A stretch of 64,000 nucleotides of DNA. Source: Lingula anatina. Taxonomy: Eukaryota > Animalia > Brachiopoda. Positions 1 to 22,464 of the stretch are shown here, piece after piece (within the stretch, counting starts at the first letter, position 1; each line of letters opens with the position of its first letter). Where the stretch lies: the NCBI GenBank assembly GCA_051362555.1, contig CM120643.1, positions 21,518,848 through 21,582,847 of the forward strand, written 5' to 3'. The translations under genes and the position numbers were made by a program. Under the pieces are notes generated by a model. The model was not told the origin of the DNA, searched no databases, and saw nothing but the letters and a program-made list of their open reading frames with translations.

Positions 1-392
1 TATTATCACAGTGAACATTGTCAAAAGAGATGTCCTATTTTACCAGATGTTATACACATTTCTCTGTTGTGGTATTAGGTAACTAGTTTTGTCTCATTGC
101 ACACTGTCGCATCTAACACAATATACTGCTAGAACCAATAGTTGTATATTTTAGTATAACCAGTACAATAAAATGTCACGTGAATAGCAATGTCTGCTGT
201 TCCACCTTAAACATTTCATACCTTTGCCTTTTAGATATTACTACACTCATCAAAACATACACACTAACATATACATACACACACAGTAATGCGCATATAC
301 ATGCACGCACACGCTTGGATGTGTATACATCTAAAATGTCTATACGAAGTAACAATAATTATTGTTATTCCTGTATTATTTGGTGGCTTCAG

Positions 393-10231
<9,839 letters not shown>

Positions 10232-10826
10232 TACAAGGTATTGTGAATGAAGAGATTCTGAAATTTGAGATAAAATTTAAGTTTACTGCAATGTCGTATG
10301 TGTACAGGGCAGTTGGAAAATGTGAAAATGTATGTTTACAGGACAATTGAATGATTGGAAAAATTTGTTAATTTCCACTCTTTCAAAAAATAAGTACTTG
10401 ACTTTGAGATGCCTTGGCCTTGACACTTGTGCTTGAGCTTCCGAGCTGTTTTCCTTTCCAAATGGCCATTCAAACATTGCCATGTATGTCATCCAAACAA
10501 AATGGCACTCTCGGGTATTTTTGGGTTGGTATTTATGATATTTAAGGATACAAAAAATGTTACTGGAGTTCTGTTTTTATCTGTATAAATGGTATGTACA
10601 TAGTAACATAGTGTATTGCTTTAAAAGAGGAACTCTTGTTTTGTAACAGTTACAGTTCGTCTGTTGAAGTCTAAATTAGCAACCAACCATTTCCCCTTAC
10701 ACTTTTTTCTGCTCTTATGGTCTTCATTATTATTATTTTTTACTCCTTTGCCAATTCAGTTGTTAATGTAGATTTAAACAAATCTCATATTTGTTCAAAT
10801 TCCTGTGAAATCATTGCCCTATCAGA

Positions 10827-10832
10827 AATAAA
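10827..10832 (+). terminator. Candidate KLHDC4 polyadenylation signal
   Basis: First AATAAA I found after the stop codon (~600 nt downstream), followed by a GT-rich element (gtagttgttttgtt). Confidence 0.55.
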
Positions 10833-11719
10833 GATAAAAGAAATTTTCTCTCCTCCATGTAGTTGTTTTGTTACGTGAAATGATGAAAAATTGTCTAAAC
10901 CATGCAATAATTTTATCTATACTAATTTTTCAAGCTTTTTTTAGTTATCAAATGTAATTGTTGAACAGTTTTAACTTAAAAGTCAAATTCACTTAAAGCC
11001 CTCAGCCAAAGGAATCTATCTGATGCAGAATTTTTGATACATTAAATTACTACTTTCACCATTTTTTACCACTATAAGTTAAGCAAAGGATGAGTATAAT
11101 AGTGAAAATTTTGCAGATAGAGAGCAGCACAATCTGCCTTCAGGTAAAAAGTCTACGGTGTTCATGGTGCCCTGAGAGTGAACACTTGTTGAAGTCTTGA
11201 CTCATCTCTCCAGTATATCAGACTCCAGGTGAAATGGTACATATTTCATCTATCTGCCATAATTATGAAGAGAATGTCAGACCTTTTTCTGTATGCAACT
11301 CAAAACAACTGCAATAATTAACAAAAATCCTACCAGGCTGCTTGCCTGGTTTTAACTGGTATTTCCACTCTGTACTAAATGCCTCCAGTCAACCTTTTTT
11401 TAAGTTTTTGAAATGTGTAAGAAAACATTACTGAAAATATTTCTTTTTTGACTGAGATGCTATGTTAGACTTGCAACAAGGTAACCATAGGTGCCATATT
11501 TTAAAGATAAATTCATTATGTGTCTACTGAAAATAAAAGATGTTTTATACTTTAACTATTACATAAGATATTAAGTAAGAAATCTGTAAATTGCCAAAAG
11601 TAAAAATTTTGCAATTGCAGTTTGGGTTTTGTTAAAAAATTGTGATATATTGCTATACTTTATCATCAGAATTCTTATACTATGTACTAAGTTTTGTGGT
11701 TCTTCTTTCCATTACCTAG

Positions 11720-12095
11720 AACTAGAGCACAGATCCTCGACAATGAAAAAGTCAAGAAAATTTTTTTCAATTGATTAGGATTTCATAATTCATTTGAAGT
11801 GGGAGTAGATTCCTGAATTATTGCTTATCCTGAAATTTCATCAAACTTTGCGAAGGTCTTTTTGATAAATCTTTTCCTCTAACAAAGAGACAAACAAAAA
11901 TGAAAACATAATCTCCTTCATTGGTGGCAGTAATAACTGATGTACTGCTGAATCTTAAGATATTTCTGAAACAGAGCACCTCTTTTATTCACATCCTCAC
12001 AAAATTTCTCCTTTGCCTGAAGGGCATTCAGGGTAGCAAACAGACAAACCAACATCGATAAAAAGAAATAACCTCCTTCGTAGGCGGAGATAATG
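11720..12095 (-). mobile_element. Decayed short non-autonomous Helentron/HINE-like fragments
   Basis: Reverse-strand head-like motifs AAAACATAATCTCCTTCATTGGTGGCAGTAATAA (~11903-11936) and AAATAACCTCCTTCGTAGGCGGAGATAAT (~12066-12094); tail-like AACTAGAGCACAG at ~11720. Confidence 0.45.
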
Positions 12096-12997
12096 ACTGA
12101 AGTATTGCTGAACATATAGGATGTTTCTGCAACAGAGCATCCTTCTCTTCTAGCATCCTCTCAGTTTTTCTCCTCTGTGTGAAGGGCATCCAGGATAACC
12201 ACCTTGCAGGTGTGATTTATCTCTCAGCTGTTGAGGTATGACACGTAAATTGATAAACAACATGTGGTGGTGCGTACGAGTAACTGGTTGAAAAATTGCA
12301 AAAGTAATTTCATTTTAGTTGTTAGGTTTTTGTGGTGAAGTGCTGCATTAGGAGGAAAAAAACCTGGCAGAAATTGATGAAATATGCTTAGGAAAATGTA
12401 TACTAATTTTTTAAAAATTGTGCACTTGCAGACATGCTTGTGCATGTGCCTGGAGGCACGTTGGGTCACAGGTACTTGGAGATGACAGCAGAGTTTTCAT
12501 ATGTATGAACAGGTTCTATACATATTTGGCTATCTATTTCATTTAATGTTTAGTTGGGAAATTATGTTTTATGTATAGCTCCAACAATAGTTTAACCCAA
12601 AGAATATATACTCAGTAGTTGCCATCATTTATACTACATGTAAACAGAAAACAAAAATATGTGAATCAGCTCTAAAGAATTCAAAAAGCAAGACCCTTGG
12701 CAACTGTGATGTAACGGCTGCCCCTGTACAACCATAAAAGCAGCAAGAGTGCAAGGTGGATGTGTTGAGTGCTTCTCTCTTTCTCAACTAACACAATCTG
12801 TTGTAATTTTTTTTTTTTATTGAATCAATTCACTAGACAATTCAGTGTTTGCTTGCATTATTATTTTCAGTATTGTTTTCTTTTCTTTTTTTCTTTTTAT
12901 GTACAGACACAGATGTGTCTGTACATATAGCCATCATCTGCGTCTGTCGTCGCCGTCGTCGCCGTCGTCGCTGTCGTCGCCGTCGCCGTGCACTTTT

Positions 12998-13640
12998 ACC
13001 GATAACACGATAAGTGGAAAACCATTTTACCTTTTGACTTGAAACTTGCAGAACTGATGAATATTCATAATACGCAGGTCAAGTTCGAAAATCAGCATGA
13101 TCGTGTCACTTTTAGGGAATTTATGCAGTTTTTTCACTTTTTTCAGCATATATGCAGCACCGATAACACGATAAGTGGAAAACCATTTTACCTTTTGACT
13201 TGAAACTTACAGAACTGATGAATATTCATAATGCGCAGGTCAAGTTCGAAAATCAGCATGATCGGATCACTTTTAGGGAATTTATGCTGTTTTTTCACTT
13301 TTTTCAGCATATATGCAGCACCGATAACACGATAAGTAGAAAACCATTTTACCTTTTGACTTGAAACTTACAGAACTGATGAATATTCATAATACGCAGG
13401 TCAAGTTCGAAAATCAGCATGATTGGGCTATTTTGAGGGAATTTATGCTGTTTTTTCACTATTTTCAATATAAATGCAACACTGATAACACAATATAAGA
13501 AAAACGGATTGGCCAATTGTAATTATACTCACAGGAGTGGTCAATCTTACTAAAACGCAGGTTGAGTTTGAAAATCAGCATAATCGGGCCATTATTTTAG
13601 AAGTTATACTGTTTTTTTCACATTTCCTCAGATTCAATTC
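12998..13640 (+). repeat. 161-bp tandem repeat, array 1 (4 monomers)
   Basis: ACCGATAACACGATAAG recurs at 12998, 13159 and 13320, and in diverged form at 13481. Confidence 0.95.
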
Positions 13641-14230
13641 TTAAGCATGTTAACAGTCTCATTATTTAACTAATAAGATGCCTAAAAGTGTTTGTTTGAT
13701 ATTTCCTGCATCTTTACAACATTGTTAGTTGATTATGTAAAAAAACATGGTAAACTTGTTATCATGTATTGTGTAATAAAGTGTCAAAAATGGAAATAAA
13801 CTCATATCATTGCAGTTTGTCAGATTCAATCATCCACTATGTTCAGAATCTCAGAATGGAGGAAATTGGACATTTAACACTGTTCTATTGATACTTTTCC
13901 CATCTCAACAATTTTTTATGTACAGACACAGATGTGTCTGTACATATTGCCATCATCTGCGTCTGTCGTCGCCGTGCACTTTTACTGATAACACGATAAG
14001 TGGAAAACCATTTTACCTTTTGACTTGAAACTTGCAGAACTGATGAATATTCATAATACGCAGGTCAAGTTCGAAAATCAGCATGATCGGGTCTCTTTTA
14101 GGGAATTTATGCTGTTTTTATGTACAGACACAGATGTGTCTGTACATATAGCCATCATCTGCGTCTGTCGTCGCCGTCGCCTTCGTCGCTGTCGTCGCCG
14201 TCATCGCCGTCGCCGTCGCCGTGCACTTTT

Positions 14231-14875
14231 ACCGATAACACGATAAGTGGAAAACCATTTTACCTTTTGACTTGAAACTTGCAGAACTGATGAATATTCA
14301 TAATACGCAGGTCAAGTTCGAAAATCAGCATGATCGGGTCACTTTTAGGGAATTTATGCTGTTTTTTCACTTTTTTCAGCATATATGCAGCACCGATAAA
14401 ACGATAAGTGGAAAACCATTTTACCTTTTGACTTGAAACTTATAGAACTGATGAATATTCATAATACGCAGGTCAAGTTCGAAAATCAGCATGATCGGGT
14501 CACTTTTAGGGAATTTATGCTGTTTTTTCACTTTTTTCAGCATGTATGCAGCACCGATAACACGATAAGTGGAAAACCATTTTACCTTTTGACTTGAAAC
14601 TTACAGAACTGATGAATATTCATAATACGCAGGTCAAGTTCGAAAATCAGCATGATCGGGTCACTTTTAGGGAATTTATGCTGTTTTTTCACTATTTTCA
14701 ATATAAATGCAACACTGATAACACAATATAAGAAAAACGGATTGGCCAATTGTAATTATACTCACAGGAGTGGTCAATCTTACTAAAACACAGGTTGAGT
14801 TCGAAAATAAGCATAATCGGGCCATTACTTAAGAAGTTATACTGTTTTTTCACATTTCCTCAGATTCAATTATTA
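14231..14875 (+). repeat. 161-bp tandem repeat, array 2 (4 monomers)
   Basis: Monomer starts at 14231, 14392, 14553 and (diverged) 14714. Confidence 0.95.
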
Positions 14876-15535
14876 GGCATGTTAACAGTCTCATTATTTA
14901 ACTAATAAGATGCCTAAAAGTGTTTGTTTGATATTTCCTGCATCTTTACAACATTGTTAGTTGATTATGTAAAAAACATGGTATACTTGTTATCATGTAT
15001 TGTGTAATAAAGTGTCAAAAATGGAAATAAACTCATATCATTGCAGTTTGTCAGATTCAATCATCCACTATGTTCAGAATCTCAGAATGGAGGAAATTGG
15101 ACATTTAACACTGTTCTATTGATACTTTTCCCATCTCATCAATTTTCTTAGTTGGACATATAAAAATGGCAGTAAAATGTTTGTTTTATGTTAAAAAAAG
15201 TGTTAAAAATGGAAATAAACCCATTTCAGAACAGTGCTGTCTTGTTTACATTTTGGCATTATCAAGGCGTGACTTTGAAGTTCCATGGGCCTGAAGACCT
15301 TTGCTAGTCACATTTTCTGAATATCTGTGATACAAATATTTTATAATTAAAAATTGATGGTCATTAAGCTGTTAAACATTATGTAATATTGCATCAAAAT
15401 TTGAAGAAACCCCCATTTTGGGCACTGCTTCCATGATGACCATTTAAGGAAAATCATGTCACTTACTGTTCTCAAACTTACAGGATAGAAACATGGGACT
15501 AAAATACAGCTTCAGTAGGCAATGCAGTCTGTTTG

Positions 15536-15572
<37 letters not shown>

Positions 15573-18500
15573 GCAGTTAAACAGTTTTTTGTGAAAATTT
15601 AATTTTTCACATATTGGCATTTTCAAGGTGTGACTTTAAAGTTCCATGATACTGAAGACTTTTGCTTGTCACATTTTCTGAATGTCTATGTTACTAATAT
15701 TTTATTAATAACATTTGATTGTCATTATGCTGTTAAACATTATGTAATGTTGCATCAAAATTTGAAGAAACCCCTATTTTGGGCACTGCTCCTATGATGA
15801 CCATTTAAGGGAAATCATGTCACTTACTGTTCTCAAACTTACAGGAAAGAAACATGGGTCTAACATACAGCTTCAATAGGCAACGCAGTCTGTTTGGTAA
15901 AATTTTCTGGCAATTTAACAGTTTTTTGTGAAAATTTAATTTTTCACTTATTTGCATCTTTATTTCACTTTTCTCAGCATATATGCAGCACCGATAACAC
16001 GATATGTGAAATACCATTTTACCTTTTGGCTTGAAACTTACAGAACTGATGAATATTCATAATACGCAGGTCAAGTTTGAAAAACAGCATGATAGAGCCA
16101 CTTTTATAGAAGTTATGCTGTTTTTTCATTTTTTTAGCATATATACAACACTGATAATACAATATAAGAAAAACAGATAGGCAAATTGTCATTTTACTCA
16201 CAAGAGTGGTTAATCTTACTAAAACATAGGTTGAGTATGAAAATCAGCATAATCGGTCCATTATTTTAGAAGTTATTCTTTTTTTTTACATTTCCTCAGA
16301 TTCAATTCTTAGGCATGTTAATAGTCTCATTATTGAACTAATAAGATACATAAAAGTGTTTGTTTGACATTTCCTGCATCTTTACAACATTGTCAGTTGA
16401 TTATGTAAAAATGATGGTAAATTTGTTATCATGTATTGTGTAATGAAGTGTCAAAACTGGAAATAAACACATATCATTGCAATTTGTCATATTCAATCAT
16501 CCACTATGTTCAGAATCTTAGATGGAGGAAATTGGACATTTAACACTGTTCTATTGATATTTTCCCCATCTCATCAATTTTATTAGTTGGTCATATAAAA
16601 ATGGCAGTTAATTGTTAATTTTGTTTTATGTTAAAAAAGTGTTAAAAATGGAAATAAACCCATTTCAGAAAAGTGCTGTCTTGTTTACATTTTGGCATTT
16701 TCAAGATGTGACTTTGAAGTTCCATGGTCCTGAACACCTTTGCTGGTCACATTTTCTGAATATCCATGATACTAATATTTTATTATTAAAAATTGATGGT
16801 CATTATGCTGTTAAACATTATGTAATATTGCATCAAAATTTGAAGAAACCCCTATTTTGGGCACTGTTCCCATGATGATCATTTAAGGAAAATCATATCA
16901 CTCACTGTTCTCAAACTTACAGGAAAGATACATGGGACTAAAATATAGCTTCAGTAGGCAATGCAGTCTGTTTGGTAAATTTTTCTGGCAATTAAACAGT
17001 TTTTTGTGAAAATTTAATTATTCATTTATTGGCATTTTCAAGGTGTGACTTAGAACCTCCACGGGCTTGAAGACCTTTGCTAGTCACATTTTCTGAATAT
17101 CAATGATACTAATATTCTATTATTAAAAATTGATGGTCATTATGCTGTTAAACATTATGTAATGTTGCATCAAAATAGAAGAAAACATAATTTTTGGTGT
17201 TGCTGCCATGATGACCATTATGGGAAAATCATGTTACTTACGACTCAATCTTTCAAAAAAAGTTGGAAAAGCAGTCTAATTGGCTTCTTTTTCTGGAATT
17301 TATACATTTTAGTGAAATATTCATTATTATCTTTTTGGCATATTCATTGTGGGACTCAGAACTCCCATGGACATGAAGCCGAATGGTAATCAAATTTTCT
17401 ACATGTCCTTGCTATTCATAGTCAATAATAAAAAATTGGTGATCATTATTCTATAAATTATTATGTAATGTTACATCAAAATTGACAAAAATATTTTTGT
17501 ACTGCTTCTGCAAACATTATGGAAAGAAAACTGTGTTACTTATTATTATGTTTAACTTACAAGTATGATTTTTAGGATTGGCATGCAGTTCAAATTAGAA
17601 AGCCAGCTCAATTGGCTTATCATTTCTCATTGAATTTATGCAATTTTGTGTTAAATTTTCATTTTTCTCATTCTGGCTCTTTCTAATTGTAAATTTGAAC
17701 TTTGATGGACCTGAAGCCTTATGCTTTTACTTTCGTCGTTGTTACCTGTTCTGCATAATTAAAATTTGATATTGACTGTGCAGTTAAACATAATGTACTA
17801 TTGCATCAGAATTGGCAGTCTCCTATTTTTGTGCATTATTGTTTTGTGCTTTTCTTAAGCTGTGTCTTATGGGACAAATTTGTGTGGTCAGTCTGTAAAT
17901 TCCCCTTGGGTATTCACTAGGCTAAGTTTAGTGCTATAAACTCATTTGCCTGATTAAGTGGCCATTAAATGAGATTTCATAAATCACACTTGTTGATATT
18001 TCCCTGTAAACTCCCAAAGGTTAAGCTCTCTGCTAGATAACAGTGTCCATAATAAGGAAGCACTGAATAGCAGCTTCATTAGATTATATTTTTGTTGTTT
18101 TCTTTTTAATTTCTTCTCCAACACTGGCATTTTTAAGATGTGACTTTTCGATCCACCTGAGGCTCTGCACAATTTCTGTATTTCCACGTAAGCAGTTGTA
18201 TTGGTATTCATGTCTTTAAACACTAGTAATATTATTTTATGCACTGTCATCATTTTTCTTATATTGGGACTTTCATCATGTGAATTTTAACTCTCATGGT
18301 CATGAAACTATAATCTTATTGAAGGGGTGGATTGAGACCATCTTCTGGGTCTCCTGGAAGACAGTTAGATTTTTTATATTGATGGGTATCTATTTTTTTC
18401 TTTTGGAAGACCATCAAAATGGAAGATGGATCAATAAAGATACTTTAGAATACTGTCAAAAATATTTCTGGATCTGCTCCTGTTATTGACCATGTTACCT

Positions 18501-19122
18501 GTTGTGCATAATGAAAAATCAGTGTTGACTGACTGCTATTATAAGCATTATTTATTGTTGCATCAAAATTGACAAAATGACCTCTTTTGCATCTTTTTTT
18601 TCTGTTTTTTGTCTGTACATTTGACAGCTTTGCTGCCTTGTTTATTAATTTTTATGCTATGCTGATCTGAGTGCAAAAAGAATGATTTATAATACATTTT
18701 CCTTAAGTATGTGAAAAGAATATTTGTGCAATTATTAAAATAATCACATCTTAGTTACAGGGTATAATGGTTAAAATATCAAACAAGGTCACTACAACAA
18801 TTGTCATTTGTTGCCAATAGTAAGCATCATGATATATTTTAGTCTTAACTTGTTTTTTTTTTTTTTTTTTGTTTCCTTCCCTTTACAAAGTTACTACATG
18901 GACATTTACAAATTCTTGAAAGTGGGTAAATTAAGACTGTTCTTTGAAATTTATACAGAATAAATTACTTGCTGTGATAAATTTCTTGTGTTCAAAATGT
19001 TGATTACTTTTCAACTAAAATTTTGTTTGATATTAAATTAAATTTTGTATCCAAAAGTATTTCAAAATACATTTTTGTTAATACATCTTTTGACATTCAT
19101 AGAGAATATAAAGATTATGAAA

Positions 19123-20733
19123 TTATTTAGTTTTCAGTTTGTTTTGCTTGCTTCCCTTTCCTTTACAACATCTTCTACATAGACACTTACAACAAGAAAT
19201 ACAAACTACCATGATACAAATAAAAATACTGAGTAGAAAAACCACCACATCAACTGAATAATACTGATACCAAGACATATGTGCAGAAGGTGAGCGTAAA
19301 TAGCTGCCGCCATGTTTGAGGACATGTTCAATCCAATAAGCTGCTTGCTGTTGTGGAGTCCATGGCTGATCACGATAAATAGCAGATAACTTCTTGGCTT
19401 TGGTGTAATATGAGGAATTCTCTATCATGGTGTTGATGTTTTCTATGAGCTCTTCTGGAGTGAAGTACAAGATATCCATCACCATAGCAACACCTCTGTG
19501 TTGCCCCCGGTAACCATTGTAAAACTGATCACCCATCAGAGGGAATCCCAACACTGGGATACCATGATACAGTGCTTCATATGAGCCCCCATTGCCACAG
19601 TGACTAACAAACAGTTTGGTGTTGGGATGGGCCAACAGGTCATTCTGTGGCAGCCATGGTAAAACTTTGACATGTGATGGCAGATTGAGTTTCTTGGAGC
19701 CAGTATACCTCCATATTACACCATATTTAATTTTTGTGAAAGCCGACAGCAATTTTTGAATTACCTGGTCAGGAATGTACATGGCAAGAGACCCAAAGGT
19801 TACCACAACCACTCCATTTTTGTGTCCGTCCATAAAATTCTGCAGTTCATTTGGAAGAGGTTTTCCAGGCCGTGTCATCATACCCCCTGCAAAGATGGTA
19901 TTTGGCAGTGCAAGCTGCGGATAATCAATGGACGGATGCTTACTTGTAATGATGAAAAGTTCAGAATCAGCAACCAACTGGTGAAATGGTTTCTGTATCA
20001 CGTTTGGCAAATATTTTGCATAATAATCAGGTGAAATTTTGTGGGTGGTCATGATTGATATAAACCTATGTGTCATGAAGTTCACTGTGCGTTGCAAAAA
20101 GGTCATTTGGTCAGAATACTTTGTTATTGGGCTTGGAAGAAATGATGCTTGTTGTGGAACTCCACTCTCTGGAGGTCCTAAGACTGCTGATGTTACATAT
20201 GGAATCTTATACTTGTAAGGAAACAAGTACGCTGTAGGAGCAAATGCGAAGGCATTGTTAACAATTATCATATCCGGTTTCAGTTTGGTCATTTTTCTGT
20301 CAAAATCCTCATCTGTTAATAGATCTCCAAAATAGCCATGCAAAATTTTTGTCCAGTTATTCACAAATGCTACACCTTTGATGGGAATGTATCTTTCTCT
20401 TGGGTTGTCAAAGAAGGCAAACACACCATTTTTCTGCACCTCTGGTTTTTCAAAGTCCATAAAGTCTGGTGATCTTACTTTAAAAGTGAGCAACTTTACC
20501 TTGCTGTCTATTACATTCTTAGGAAGAGGTGGCACAGAAGGATGTTCCCCCATGACTAAATACACCTCATGTCCCTTGTCTGCTAGCCCCACCAGAAGGG
20601 TATCAAGTTCTATAATCTGACTTTTCACTGGCATACAGATTCCAACAAATGTAGCACCTTCAGCAATATTGTGGATTGAAGTCAGGAATATGAGGACAAA
20701 AAGGACCATGCTTAACCTTAGTGCCTTCTCCAT
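19123..20733 (-). CDS. UDP-glycosyltransferase (UGT, GT1 family), single coding exon, 536 aa
   Basis: Signal peptide; UGT signature WLPQNDLLAHPNTKLFVSHCGNGGSYEALYHGIPVLGFPLMGDQ; AAYWIEHVLKHGG; WYQYYSVDV plus C-terminal TM helix and Lys-rich ER-retention tail; gccATGG Kozak context. Confidence 0.97.
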   Translation of the reverse strand: MEKALRLSMVLFVLIFLTSIHNIAEGATFVGICMPVKSQIIELDTLLVGLADKGHEVYLVMGEHPSVPPLPKNVIDSKVKLLTFKVRSPDFMDFEKPEVQKNGVFAFFDNPRERYIPIKGVAFVNNWTKILHGYFGDLLTDEDFDRKMTKLKPDMIIVNNAFAFAPTAYLFPYKYKIPYVTSAVLGPPESGVPQQASFLPSPITKYSDQMTFLQRTVNFMTHRFISIMTTHKISPDYYAKYLPNVIQKPFHQLVADSELFIITSKHPSIDYPQLALPNTIFAGGMMTRPGKPLPNELQNFMDGHKNGVVVVTFGSLAMYIPDQVIQKLLSAFTKIKYGVIWRYTGSKKLNLPSHVKVLPWLPQNDLLAHPNTKLFVSHCGNGGSYEALYHGIPVLGFPLMGDQFYNGYRGQHRGVAMVMDILYFTPEELIENINTMIENSSYYTKAKKLSAIYRDQPWTPQQQAAYWIEHVLKHGGSYLRSPSAHMSWYQYYSVDVVVFLLSIFICIMVVCISCCKCLCRRCCKGKGSKQNKLKTK

Positions 20734-21625
20734 GGCCTTGCAAAATCAAGTTGTGAAATTAGCTGTAATATGTCAGATTGTCCACCTATCCTTTATGCGC
20801 TGTGGTCTAATCCTTCTGTTGTTGGCACACCTTTAATATGATATCGTCTCTGCATGCAGCAGAAGGGTCAATTTGTAGGACTAGGTCCTTCATCAGTTAC
20901 AAACTAAACAGAGGAACCACTCTTAAATCATATGTAAATGGATTAGGCAGAATTTAGTGTGTTTTTGTTTTTTGCTCATTACAACTGTTCAAGAACTGAG
21001 ACAGTTTGATGTGCACAATGAAGCAAAAAAGTTAAAATGTGTTGTATTCTGAGGCTATTTATATGTAAGACTGACCCACATTACCTCGCTTTGCCAGATG
21101 ATTATCTAACATTTGCTTAATGGCTTAGCACCCTTTTGTACATACTATAACATGTACAAGGTGAATGTACGGGACAACAGCGAGTCTATAAATTCATTTC
21201 CCCAAATCACCCACAACAAAATTTTGAAAATAAAAACTTTTGTTTTAGGGGAGACAATGAAATTAATATTAATGTATTATAGATGGGTAAATTCAAAGTT
21301 GATGCATTAACTTGTCTGCACTATCCCCATATAGCTACAATTCAATTCAGTGCAACACAATATGAAGCAATCAATTTTATTTCAAGTCCGGTACAATAGA
21401 AATCTCAACATTATCTTTGCAGCTATTCATCAACAGAAAATGAAAAAAATATATATATTTATGATACTACTTATACTAAAGTTTATAATAACAGGACTGG
21501 TACTACTAGTCACTTTACTATGAACTATGGTTTTTAATCCAATTCACAAGTCTGGCTTCATATGTAAATACTGCTTGTGCTGATATTACATTGGTTCTCC
21601 CCATACTTTAGTACCTGTGATAAGT

Positions 21626-21890
21626 TTACTCCATTGAAACTAATACTGTCAAAATTTCTTCATAATGTAAATTGTTCCAAATTTTTGTCCTGAGATTAGA
21701 TATTTTGTTTCCATACTCTTCACAACTAATTGTGTCAAACAAAGTGATGTAAATTGATTTCCATTTTCCCTTAGTGTATAAGAATTTTTTTAAATGAAGA
21801 TCAGAGATATGAAAAGGCACAAGCCCATTTATTGCCTTGTAGATTTCTGTATGTAGCAAAAATGTCACCTGTTCAGGTGCAGAGTGCTAA
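21626..21890 (-). mobile_element. Decayed LINE (L2/CR1-like) ORF2 C-terminal fragment
   Basis: EIYKAINGLVP..ISDL ... YG..S....KIWNNL resembles the conserved 3' end of CR1/L2 ORF2. Confidence 0.55.
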
Positions 21891-22464
21891 GGCCTGATAT
21901 AGCAAACAAAATCCATGGAGTGATGTTTTTCCTATTATTGATAATTAAGGTGCTAAGATAAGAGTTTATTTAGCCAATTATAAAAATCGGAAATCATTTT
22001 CCATTGGAGCAATATACAGAGTAAAATAATAAAATAATAAATAAATAAATAAATTAAGAATTTAGCTTTGAGATCAAATTAAAATATCCTAGTATATGTT
22101 GCTACTGTGTACATGAATATTGGCTGCTTTAGCTAGTATATCCATAAAAGCAGTGAAGCATGCTCATCCTGTGAGGTAGATATGCTCAGTGTGTCTCCCA
22201 GTCTTACCTAATGCATTTTTTTTATTTTGTCAAATGTTTATTTCCTTTGAAATATGACTTTTGTCAGAAACTTGAACAGAGGATGCCACTTGCTGATATA
22301 AGTTTTTTTTTTTTTTTTTGTTTTTTTTTTTTTTGCTAAATAAAAAAATATTTGATTACAGTTTAGTCTGAAAATTGTGTTTAATGTCAAGATTGATTTT
22401 GCATTAAGAAATAATAATAACAATCACAACATTTTAACATTAAAACAATAACAGTATAATGAAA

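Larger units (their letters stand above)
12894..18643 (+). mobile_element. Helentron-associated non-autonomous element (HINE/DINE-1/pearl-type) carrying a 161-bp tandem-repeat array; three heads, one tail
   Basis: Each head is a T-run, the hairpin ATGTACAGACACA-GA-TGTGTCTGTACAT and a (CGT/CGC)n microsatellite; heads start at 12894, 13912 and 14115. 161-bp monomers follow. The tail is a sub-terminal IR TGTCTGTACAT (18610-18620), a stem-loop GACAGC-TTT-GCTGCC and a T-run. Confidence 0.8.

Noticed and set aside
12845-14246. ORFs with poly-Ser/Pro or poly-Arg (12845, 13810, 14025)
   Set aside because: These are translations of the (CGT/CGC)n microsatellite in the Helentron-type heads.
12998-14875. 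Regularly spaced repeats as a CRISPR array
   Set aside because: The whole 161-bp unit repeats with no unique spacers, there are no cas genes, and the context is eukaryotic.
21060-21140. L2-like peptide scrap (HIT...LNGLAP) on the + strand
   Set aside because: Too short and degenerate to support without a profile search.
22304-22334. A-tract downstream of the intronless UGT as a retrocopy poly(A) tail (also 18853-18870)
   Set aside because: Long A/T runs are common throughout the window, there is no TSD, and the tracts sit at different distances in the two paralogues.
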